Shown here: positions 1 through 10,859 of the stretch, piece after piece
Layout of the letters: every line of letters starts with the position of its first letter
Position numbering within the stretch: position 1 is the stretch's first letter
Assembly: GCF_000143415.4 (NCBI RefSeq)
Contig: NW_003314346.1
Location: 245,950 to 309,949, forward strand
Direction: 5' to 3'
DNA length: 64,000 nt
DNA from: Selaginella moellendorffii
Lineage: Eukaryota; Plantae; Lycopodiophyta
Made by a program: the position numbers and the translations under genes
Notes under the pieces: generated by a model
The model's database searches: none
The model's input: only the letters and a program-made list of their open reading frames with translations
What the model was told of the DNA's origin: nothing

Positions 1-1764
1 TTCTTGTCACAGCCCGACCTAAGAGGGAAACAAGGTCGGTGGGCCAATGCCTTGGCCGAGTTTGATTGCGAAATTCTGTACAAGCCTGGGAAGAGCAACA
101 TCGTGGCGGATGCGCTAAGTCGAAAAGCGAGCTTGAAGTTGGCAATATCCAGCGCAACAGCAACCTTCTGGGACGATGTGCGGACAGCATATGAGAACGA
201 TGGTCTAGCACAAGAAGTGTTGCTGAGGAATCTAGAGGCGCGGGAAGCTCACCAGAGAGGTGAGCTGCCAACGGAAGAGAAAACGGGCTATGCGGAACGC
301 AACGGACTCATTTATTACAAGCAAACGAGGGTGTATGTTCCAGAAGGGGAACTAAGGAAGGTGGCCTTAGAAGAGTGTCATGACGGACCTCTTGCGGGAC
401 ACGGCGGAGTGCCCAAGACGATGGGCTTACTCAAGAGGAAGTACCATTGGCCAGATATGGCTAAGGACGTCCAAGACTATGTAAAGACATGTCCAACATG
501 TCAGCAGGTCAAAGCCGTGACTAAGGCTAGTGGGGGCTTGTTGCAAAGCATCCCAATTCCAGATCGCCCGTGGAAATGTCTTACGATGGACTTCATCACG
601 GGACTACCCCCAAGCGAGGGGTTTGATGCGATATTCGTGGTGGTGGACCGATTTTCAAAGATGGCACATTTCATACCCACCACAACGGACGTGGATGCGG
701 AAGGTGTGGCGAAGCTGTTCTTTGAACAAGTGGTTCGAGTGCGGGGAAGGCCGGAAGAGATTATCTCAGATCGAGATAAGATCTTCACTAGTAGGTTCTG
801 GAGGACACTCCTAGAACAGTATCGCACCAAATTGAAATTCAGCACAGCCTATCACCCACAGACAGGTAATGGGTATTAAGTCAAGATTGATGGCACTAAC
901 ACTTCTTGACAGACGGACAAACGGAAAGGGTGAATAGGCAGCTGGAGGATTATTTGCGATGCTATGTCTCGGGAGACCAGACCGACTGGGTAAGTCATTT
1001 GGGACTTGCGGAAATGTGTTATAACAACTCACCACACTCAAGCATCGGGGTGAGTCCATGGGAAGTCATCAATGGGCGAGCTATTGAAGGTCCTGTGGAA
1101 CTCGGCGTGGCCGAGTATCATGGAGAGTTACCCGCAGTGGAGGCATTCACGGCGGAAAGACTCAACATTTGGAATCTAGTGAGGGATTCCTTGGAACGGG
1201 CTCAACAAAGGCAAACTAAGTACGCGAACCAAAAGCGTCGGGATGTGGAGTTCCAAGCTGGGGAGAAGGTGTGGCTGAACACCAAGAACCTCAGACTACC
1301 AAGCTGGATCAGCCGAAAGTTGACCCAAAGGTAAAGACGCATGTATTCCTGTAAATGAATTGATCTTGAGTTCCTTAAGCAGGTTCGCGGGGCCTTATAA
1401 GATTGAGGCACGAATCGGTAAAGTGGCTTACCGACTCCAACTTCCTCGAGAGATGGGGAAGATGCACCCAGTGTTCCACGTGAACTTACTCAAGCCGTAC
1501 TTTGAGGATCCGCTTCGCAAGGACCAAGTGAGACCTTTACCTGAGGTTATCCAAGGGGAAGAGGAATACGAAGTCGAGGCCATCCTCAATGCGCGCAAGA
1601 GCAAGCGACAAGGACGCGAGGTGAGAGAGTTCCATGTGAAGTGGAAAGGATTTCCACACTGCGAAGCAACGTGGGAACCGGAGGAGAACCTAGCGAACGC
1701 TCGAGATCTAGTGGAGGAATTTCTGCAAGGCAGAACTTTATGTACTTATGCAAAATTCAATTAA
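1..1764 (+). CDS. Pol C-terminus (RNaseH end, integrase, chromodomain), join(<1..865,913..1330,1383..1764)
   Basis: Removing GT-AG segments 866-912 and 1331-1382 joins three ORFs in frame and restores AYHPQTDGQTERVN and KLTQRFAGPYKI. Confidence 0.88.
866..912 (+). other. Putative spliceosomal intron 1 in integrase (47 nt)
   Basis: CAG|GTAATG...CACTAAC (branch-point-like)...TTGACAG|; phase-1 removal restores the D of HPQTDGQ. Confidence 0.85.
1331..1382 (+). other. Putative spliceosomal intron 2 in integrase GPY/F region (52 nt)
   Basis: AAG|GTAAAG...TAAGCAG|; removal restores QRFAGPY. Confidence 0.85.
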
Positions 1765-2167
1765 AAATATCAATTTGCAAAGTTGAGCAAATGGCATATG
1801 TTGGGACCCGAAGGCGCGCCAAAGGTAAGCTAATTAGCATGGGTTGGATAGGTCGACCAGGCGTAGGGCACTACGCCCGACTCCCTGCGGGGATGTCGAA
1901 TCCGTAGACGTATTCTACGGAGGTTGGGTTCGAGTCCCAACCCCCTAGTAAAGCAAGGCTGGGTTCAAGTCCCGACCCTATACTAGGGCGTGGTGAGGTG
2001 AGGAATATAGGGACACCTATATTCCGTTGTCATGGGCTCTTGGCCGGGGAGGCTAACTTAGGCACACCGCTAAGTGGGGGGATGCCCCCGGAGACATGGA
2101 CAACAAGTCGTAGGATAAAACGAGACGTTCGATGTGGGCATCGAACTTCTTCTATGGGTGGTGGAGT

Positions 2168-3314
2168 TGTAAGGAACCGACTCCCCGAGATGTCGTAGGC
2201 TAAAGGATCCCCAAAAGCTTGACCGAAGTGACAAAGAGTTCATCGGATGGGACCAAGTCGAGGATCGAGTCCAAGACCGACTCTAGGACCGAGTTCGAGA
2301 TAGAGTCCGGAATCGAATCCGAGACCGACTCGGGGACCGAGTTCGAGTCCGAGTTCGAGACCGAGTTCGAGACGGAGTCCGGATCCGAAATCGGGTCCGA
2401 GACCGAGTCCGAGGTCGAGTCCGAGGTCGGGTCCGAGATCGGGTCCGAGATCGAGTCCGTGATCGAGTCCGAACCCGAATCCGAAGTCGGATCCGAAATC
2501 GGGTCCGAGATCGAGCCAGAGACTAAGTCCAAATACTAATACGGGTCAAGGGGTGAAAGCCCAAAGCGTGCGTCTCCCAGGGGGGGGGGGCTGCAGGGGG
2601 TTCCAAAAGTATAGTAGGGATAGTGAGGTCCAGGAACCAGTTTAGAAGGGACTCTCCAGTTGGGCTTCCAAACCGACTTGAGGTTGGGACTGGGACCGAG
2701 GGGCCTTGGGTGGGAGTGAGCATGGACTTGGCTGGTGCCGGAGGGGCCATCCAAGGAAGTGCTCAAGAGCAGCTCCCACTCCCGAAAGGGAAACCGGTTG
2801 CGGTGCTCCCGGCTCAGGTGGAGTGGTGCCCCACTTGAGTACCTTGTGGCTCATTGGTCCTCGCCCTTCCGGGGGCTTGGGCCTTTCCTTCGGGATGGAA
2901 GAGGGGGGGTAGAGGTACCCATACCGGGCCGTTAGGCCACGGTGTTTCGCCCCGACGTCCCGAAGCAAGTGCTGCACCCAAGGCTTGGGATTTAGAGGGT
3001 CCCATGATCAAGCCTTGTGATACCTTGGGGTGTTAGGAATCTGGAGGCTTGGTGTGCTTGGCTGCTTGTGCCTGCGGGGAGTGTAGCCGAACCTTAAGTC
3101 CAGTCTAACCCGGGGAGGGGGATTGGGAGAGATTTGGGAATCCGTAGATGGATGGCTAACACTCCGTTGCTCGTGCAGTAAGTAGTTGAAACCAAGTAGG
3201 AGCTGGCACCATAGGCGAGAACCTTGGCGAGGGAACTTAGCACAAGCCAAGGCGGAGTTGGTCGGATAGGCGAGGTAAGCTGGCAAATTGGAAAGGAAAA
3301 ATTTGTGGCTTACA
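2168..3314 (+). repeat. 3' LTR of element A, with internal hexamer (CCGAGW-type) tandem array at ~2255-2530
   Basis: TGTAAG/CTTACA inverted termini directly after a purine-rich tract. Confidence 0.85.
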
Positions 3315-3852
3315 CTATGCCATGTCAGTGATTCGAACTTTGCCATGCCGTGTCAGCGATCCGCGCCAAGATTATTCGCCGTGTAAAGGAATAATTATGC
3401 TGTGTGTGTACGTGCATTTATGGCAATATAAGGCCACACGCCATTCAAAGAATAATGCTAGTCGAGCATTTTTTGGTGCATTTTTGGGTTCAAAATTGCA
3501 TGAGCCCACATGCTATAAAGTTTACCTGTACCAAAAATAGAAACAGCTTTATTTACTTGGGAATTTAAGTGGTTGAGGCATTTTTAAACTTACAAACACA
3601 TGCCCTACTTACATTCCTTTGGTTGCTTAAAATTCAAAAATATTATAAACCTTTCTTTTTGCATTTTCAATGTTTTCAATTATGGTTTTTGATTTTCGTA
3701 GGACCAGCCTAGTAATCTATTTGCATCCCGTCATGTTTATAGCTAGCTTTCGTTTGTCCCCTTCACTAGCCTCAGATACATCTGCTCGGCATCTGCCTCT
3801 TACAGCATTTGCCCAGAAAGGGCATCTTTCTTCACGCAGCTTTTGCCACATG

Positions 3853-3878
3853 TTTAGGGTTTAGGGTTTAGGGTTTAG
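3853..3878 (+). promoter_or_regulatory. Short plant telomere-like (TTTAGGG)3 / telobox
   Basis: tttagggtttagggtttagggtttag. Confidence 0.6.
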
Positions 3879-4837
3879 CAATTCAGTAACTTGATAAACA
3901 TGCAAATACAGAACTTGATGCAAAATCCTTTGATATGTCACAATGCCCTTAGGACCATAAACACATTTGAATAGAGAGGGTCCTTTCATTTCATAACTTC
4001 TTACGTAGATCTTGGTGAAACCAGAGTTAGTGAAGTTAGTGAAGTGAAAATAACAGTTGGATCTATGGCAAATGCCCTTGAAACATTGTAAGGCTCGTGT
4101 GGTCTCATGTGGTGTCCGATCGAGATGCTTCTTTGCAGGGTCATCAAGAAGGACATTGTATACCATTCTTTATTTAGCTAAACATCTGGCATTTTTGGAA
4201 ATACAAGATGCTTTGGAATATCCAATCATGCATGGTATAAATATAGCGAGGGTATTAAATGATATCCCAATCATGATCTTTCTTTTGGATTTCGCGTGCA
4301 TGCAGTCCGAGGAATGATGACGTTGCGGATTTCTTTTGGATTTCATGTGCATGCATGCGTGCGGCGATCCAGAAATTAATGGTGGCGCCCAAGTCCGAGG
4401 AATGATGACGTTGCGGGATTACCAACAGTCGTGACATTTCGCGCGTGTGAGGTTAGGTTTTGCATCATACTCGCACTCGCACACTCGCGCTCGCATCGCG
4501 CTCCCACTCGTGATCACGCTCACATTCGCGCTCATCTACCTTCTCTACAGGTTTCTCGTGTGCATCGGCGTCCACTCGCGCTTGCATCACACTCGCGCTC
4601 GCATCGCGCTCATGTGCATCGGCGTCCACTTCAAGACACACCCAGTTTGTAACTTCCCCGCCAACTCTGCCGCCCACTCTGCCACCCACACGCAGCCCAC
4701 TTGGCATCCTGGGAGATTTCAGCGCTACTCTCCAATTGTAAGTGGCAGAGTAGCCTTGCTGCTACGATCCGCTGCACACACAGTGCACATTCACCAGCGA
4801 GTCTGGCCTCGATTGTCACGCCTCCATTCGGCTTCAA

Positions 4838-7800
4838 ATGGTAAGTCTTTTAGGCCAAGTAGAAAATGGCATGAGACCACATGCCATTCAGTAGCAACAT
4901 TGGCATGCACCGATTGGGCTCTCGAGTGCAGTCCAGTTACAGATGGCGTGTAGCCTCACGCCATCTTAGGATGCATCCTCAAGACATCTGATGTAGTGGT
5001 GAATGGCGTGTGGCCTCATGTTATTTCCAGCTGCTAGCTTTTCATCTGTCAGCTCTAATTGTTGTGCATTTCTGAACAGGCGAGGAATTGCGTTCTTCTT
5101 CCAGCCACTGTCAATGTGGATGCAGAGAAGGGGGAGGAGCTCACCAGTTGGACTTTTGGGATGGAAGGCAAGGATCTGAGGCTGTACAACACAGATGGTG
5201 GGAAAAAAGAATGCATGGGGATCCTCATCCAAGTGACAGACACTCCATGCAGTTCCATGCAAGAATATGGACTGGCACTTGTGGTAGAGACAGCGTCCAC
5301 CTTCAATATCCACCTTGCACATCCTAGCGGCTTCCCGAAGGGGGGCAGCGGCTATGAGCAATTCCTAGAGGGAGCTAGAGAGAGGTTGTCCAGGAGGCCC
5401 ACAATTTCAAAGATGCTGCGGGTCTATGAAGATCACATGGAATCCACGGACCTCACCTACGGCAATGTTCAAAAACTATATTCCAACATTGAGCCGTTGA
5501 GAGTGCCTCTAGTTTGCGAAGCGAAGGGGAAGGGGGTCGATCTGGAAACTACCCCGAAGCAGAAAAGGGTGGTCAAGCTCAAGCCGACGTCCGACTCTCC
5601 TGCTCCAAAAAAGAAGCTACTCAATGATGCCATTGCCTCGGGTTCGAACACTACACCCACCAAAAAGAAGAGCCGCAAAGAGCAGAAAGAGCAAGAAGAG
5701 GCAGCAAAAATTGTCGCAGATAATAGTACTTGTTACTATTCCAACAAAGTATATACAATCGATGTGAGCCGTATCGACATCCAAAGCAAATACAACCACA
5801 GGCTAGTATCTGATGAGTGGGTGGAGAAACTGAAGCAGAAGATGCTGGCAAGTCCAGTAACACCCGACATCGCAGACGTGATCCCCTACTACCGAACAAT
5901 GAAGGGCGAGACGAGTTTTCCAGACTTGATCAATAGGAAGGTGTTGGACGATCAGAACATCCGGTTCTATGCCGTCTCTGGGCAGCATTTTAGCTTGGCA
6001 ATGCAAGAGATAGTTGTGGATATTATGGTGGGCGAGGAGGTGAAGAAAGTCTTCAAGACAAGAGTTGTCCACCTGATAAAAGGCAACTCGCCCCTCCAAT
6101 CTATCATATACATCTCCCACGCGCAGAATGTCAAGCAAGAAACGTGTTACAAATCGGGTCTGCACGAGACATTGGCACGAACATGGAAGCTCTAGGTTCA
6201 ACTGAAGAAGCCACAAAAACCAGGACAAGGACGTGCACTAGCAACTAGCGCCTGGCAGGTAAGCCTCGTTGTATGTGGCATAGCATGTGGCCTCACGCCA
6301 TTTCCATTGCAGGAATTCTCGAGTCTTCTCTCGAAAACACTGGGGTCAATGACACACTCAGCATCCATAACATTCTACTCGCGACAAAAGTTGTTTTTGA
6401 CAAATGGGTAGATGTGCTGAGGAGGTACCATGACGGGGAGTTGCTAAACTCAATGGGTGTGGAGGATGGCCAAAAGCCCAATGATTTGAAGCTCAACGCC
6501 TTGCGTTTCTCGTGGTCTCTAGATGACGACGACCTTCTGATAATGGCTAATGCTCTTCTACGTGGTGAGGTAGTCTTCAACAAGACCAAAATGACTCCCG
6601 GCCATATTGTGACATACGAGGACTTGTGCACGACTCTGAGAGCTCGTGCACTATTGAAGGATTGGATCTTCGAGCAAGTGGCCGTGGAGAGGGTGAGCAT
6701 CGACACCACGCAAGAGATGATGGAAGAGCTGGAGTTGTCAAATGAAGACATCGACGAGTACGTGAAGGGGGCCCCAAGTTCATCAATCTGCTGCGGGATG
6801 CCACGAAAAGTAAAGCTGAGAAGTTGGATCAGTATCCAAATTTCATTAAGAGGGATGTCGACCGCCGGCTTCAGAAACAGCTTGACCCCGCAGCAGAGGC
6901 CTATTGAGAACCTTACCGGGTATACGTGAATTTGGATGAGGATCAAAGGTGGAGGAGCATCGTTTCCCGCGGAGATGAGAAGGTCAAGAACATCTTTTGT
7001 GTGATGGACTTCACAAACGAGGAGATCACTCATGCAAACGAAGTCAGCTCCATCATTGACTTAATGGTGGGACTTGCGGAGGTGGAATCTTCAGTCCACT
7101 ATATGATCTACGACTTCGAATCCTATCACAAGTTCTGGAAGGCCTTGAACGAGGTGAAGGCTCGGTTGAAAGGCAAGGAGATGCGGGAGATCCATGGGAT
7201 AATGGCTAAGAAGAAGATACCGACGAATGTCCGCATCTTCACACTCGCCCTTGTTAATGGTCCTACAGCAGAGTGGGACTGGAGTGACTTCCCAGCTTCG
7301 TTCGACAAGGCCGATCGAATTGATCTGAGGGAGGTCAATTTACCCGTGCCTGAGGAACTGAAGACGGCTATGGAGCTTTCGAATCCAAAGAAAGCTCCAG
7401 GTGCAGCATGGGAAATGCTCAGCTGGGTCTTCAACGCAATAGCGGGTGGGTCACCTGCTTCCGACTCCAAGGGCAAATGTGTTGTCGAGTACAACTGCGG
7501 CAGACTATTCTTTCGAGCCGCACTACTCAAGGGTGTCCCGTGTGTTGCGGTGACAAACTCCATTGAAGAGGTGACTTCAATGGAGCATATAATTACAGTT
7601 GCCAAAGAAAAACAGTATCTTCTCTACGAACCTGGTGAGTACGCACTTTAAGTTTAAATGTTATCTCACAAGCTCTGTATGCAAGAGCGTGGCCACCCCC
7701 AGATGCTGAAACGGTGTTAACAGCTACTGTTGAAGAAACCCATGTTGGGCCGAGCTCACAACCTGCACAACGTAAGGTCACGTGAGGCCTCACGCCATTT

Positions 7801-10439
7801 TGATTATAGATTGTTGTGAATATTCAGACACGAGGACTAAAAAGCGCACTGGTGGCGCGTCGAAGAAGGACAAACAGACAAGCAATAGGAAAAAAGGAGG
7901 TACAAATTATATTTGCAATGGCGTGTGGTCTCATGCCATTCCTTGCAGGAGACACTTCTTCAAAGGCAAAACAGGCAAGCACCAGCCAAGCTCAAACTGA
8001 CACTGGTCATAAAAAGCAAAAGCACGTTGGACAGTCGTCGGGATCAGAGGCGTTTGATTCGAAAAGGAAGAAGGGCAACAAAAAGATGATAGGTAATGCC
8101 TCGCGGTTATGGCGTGTGTGCTCATGCCATTCATTGCAGATCAAGGGCTGAGTGAAAGCAGGCAGTCACCACCTCCTGACTCAGATTCCTATGGCGGACT
8201 CCCCTTCCCCAATCTCAATGGAGAGGTACAATGGATGAGGGATGCTTTTCAAGTCAGGGCCACGTTTTTCTCATCTCGTCGTCTTCGAAGGGTGCAAGAA
8301 CGTGCAGAAACCATGTTAAGACAGTCGAGTGAGGATACAGTCCTAGGTCATGCACTAAAACAGGCTATGGATGTCTTGTATTTTGAGATGGAGACTCGGC
8401 CAGATGATTTTCCCAAGATGGTCCTGGAAGAACAAGCCATCCAGCCTGAGCAGCCTATGGAAGAAATGCAGGAGGGGGATGAGGAACCAGAGAAAGATAA
8501 TGAGCAGGAAGAGCAGAAGGACGAAGAGGAGGAACAACAAGACGAGGACGAAGAAGAGGAGGACCAAGAGGACTTGGATGGTCCTCACAATGGTGATGAT
8601 CACAATAACGACGACGACGATGATGACGATGATTGCTAGCCTGAGGTGGCCAAAGAGCAGCGGAGGAAGGTCATACAAGACAAACCATCAGGTAAATAAT
8701 AGTACATCCATTCCTAACCTTTTACCATTTCTAACATTGTCCATGTAGGTCGCAGAGCAAATGGTAAGTAGAGATTATTCAGTTGAATTAAGATACAAAC
8801 TCTAGCCTTTAGTGTCGAGGAAGGATAGTGCCAAGCAAGGGTCGAAACGTATGTCCAATCCTTCAGAATCAGCAGTGCGCCCAAGTGATATCGGTCCTAG
8901 TTCCTCAATAGCAGTTGATGATAAATACAATATAGTCGATTCAATGTGCTAATGAGTTTGTTTTTAGTAGCACGGGAGGATACCATCTCAATCGAAGGGA
9001 GATATTTGGACATGCATATGGATCCACCAGTGGACTCTACTTGCCTGCAAGAGTCATCAGAGCTGGTGGAGGCTACTATCCATATCAACGCCAAGCAAGC
9101 TGACCACGCTCCACTTGATGCTGCCTATACCACTGAGTCAATCTTGTCCACGTATCCAACTGACGGTGACCAGGCGCCATTGGACCCGCATGAGGCCGCC
9201 CCAGCCGCCGAGCCGGTTGTATCCTCATTTCCAACAGACTCAACGTGTGCCCAATCGTCTGACTACGCGCCGTTGGAACCTCCCTACACCGCCCCTGCTG
9301 CCTGTTCGGTCATGTCCACTTTGCCAACGGAGGCACCAGCTGAAATGGTGTGTGATCACACGCCATCGGAACCACCCCATGCCACTGTTGAGCCAGTTGT
9401 ACCAGAGTCTTAGCTGAAATGGCATGTGCCCACACGCCATCGGATGCGATTGACCCACATTGCAGAGGAGAGTATTTCCGCCCTTCACGTTTCCTCGACT
9501 AAAACCCTCTCAACGACCATCAGGAGCACCATTCGCTAATATTGTAGATGGTAAAATTGACTTGTACCATTTTTTATGCTGACGCATTTCATTTCATAGT
9601 CACAGCGAAGGTACTGTATCGTTTTTGATCTGAACGGTGTCCTTTTCTCCCATGAGCGTAGCTCGTCCTCGAATGTCACTGCACCCTCCAAAGCCTGCGG
9701 TCGCAAGTTGGTCAAAAGAGACAGATTCACATTAATCACATGGGAGAAACTGCGAGATCTAATAATGACCATGCGACACTTAAAACAGAGGGCCGGGTTC
9801 AATTTGCAATTGGGAGTTTGGACATCCATGATGCGCCACAATGCATTAAAGTTGCTACAGATGATGTACGATCAGACGCGAGTAATATTACCATTTGACT
9901 TTCTCCTAACGCAGGAGGATTGCTTGACTATGGTCCATGTGAGGAGTAGCAAACCCATCTTCGTCAAGCCAGAGGCTGTAGTGATGAACCAGACTGCTAG
10001 GTCAAGCGAAATCCTCATCATCGATGACTCGCCGATTAAAACTGCAGCGAACACGCACACATATGCAGTGCACCCCATCTCTTGCAGTATGGAAACTAGG
10101 GAGAAGAAACCGTATGTTCTGGGGGACCTTGCAAAATGGCTTGGAGCGATGGTGATAGAGAACCGGCTAGTCCAGGAGGTGGCTTCAGAAATCAACCAAA
10201 TGGCAGATGGAACGATATATCAGAAGCCATTTGATCAGACAGACATCAGTCATCATTTATGGCATGTATATTGTCTAGCCAAGCACTATCCACATCTCCA
10301 TAATCTGCTCAACCGGATGGGTTCTTCGACCACTGAACATGAGCGTGGACGTATTAGAGAAGAGATGGCATTACTATTGGGTTTAAATCCTGATAGTGTG
10401 GAGAGTGATGAAATGCCAAGATTATTGTATAGGTGTTAG
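4838..10439 (+). pseudogene. Multi-exon gene: ParB/Srx-like domain + degenerate MTase-like fold + acidic region + FCP1/NIF-type HAD phosphatase domain; probably transposon cargo, now disrupted
   Basis: ATG|GTAAGT at 4838; ParB-like IDVSRI..RLVSDEWVEKL..FYAVSGQHF (~5750-6000); KKAP..GKCVVEYNCG..AALLKGVPCVAV (~7390-7555); VFDLNGVL/VWTS/IIDDSPIK (9620-10045); short GT-AG introns (6259-6312, 7635-7672, 7772-7827, 7900-7948, 8093-8139); in-frame TAG at 6193 and apparent frameshifts. The NIF exon may be a separate gene. Confidence 0.65.
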
Positions 10440-10859
10440 AGGCAAAAAATAACAGTCTGAGATGACATGTATTTATTTAAAAATGTAACTTATTATGGCA
10501 TGGGGTTCCATGCCATTGTATTAATATTAAAAGACAATTCTTTGAGAGGATTTGCATTATACTAGAAGTGTTACAACATGTTATTGGAAGTCTACGAAGT
10601 TGTTTTATTAATAAGGGGAAAGTAAAGATTGAATGGGGACTTGGGCTCCACCTAGACTCGGAGCAATTGAGCCAATATTAAAAGGATGGAAAGAAATTGG
10701 ACAACGATGACAAGGAGAAGAGAGAGGTGAAGCAGTGGCAGGGGGAGGAGAAGTGATTGAGTAGACATTTCCTTGTTTAAAATAAAATGGCATGTGCCTC
10801 AATGCAGTTGAATTTTGTTATATTTATATACTATATAAAGGTTTGGAAACCTTATTTTA

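Larger units (their letters stand above)
1..3314 (+). mobile_element. 3' part of Ty3/gypsy chromovirus LTR retrotransposon (element A), truncated by window start
   Basis: RNaseH end (YKPGKSNIVADALSR), integrase HHCC + DDE, chromodomain (EEYEVEAIL..HVKWKGF..EATWEP), PPT at ~2154-2167, LTR TGTAAG...CTTACA. Confidence 0.95.
3420..10808. repeat. Dispersed 22-bp imperfect palindrome ATGGCRTG-N6-CAYGCCAT (~11 copies)
   Basis: Copies at 3420(deg), 4866, 4943, 5003, 6280, 7777, 7918, 8109, 9419, 10495, 10787(deg). Confidence 0.9.

Noticed and set aside
1730-1830. Possible third intron after the chromodomain
   Set aside because: Weak GC donor and no conserved protein motif to confirm the junction
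1922-1975. Possible tRNA genes
   Set aside because: Only T-arm-like hairpins; no cloverleaf
2200-2539. Ser/Asp- and Glu/Ser-rich ORFs (also 42727-43430)
   Set aside because: Translations of LTR tandem repeats
6293-7605. Long minus-strand ORFs (246 aa, 159 aa)
   Set aside because: Antisense shadows of the plus-strand coding region
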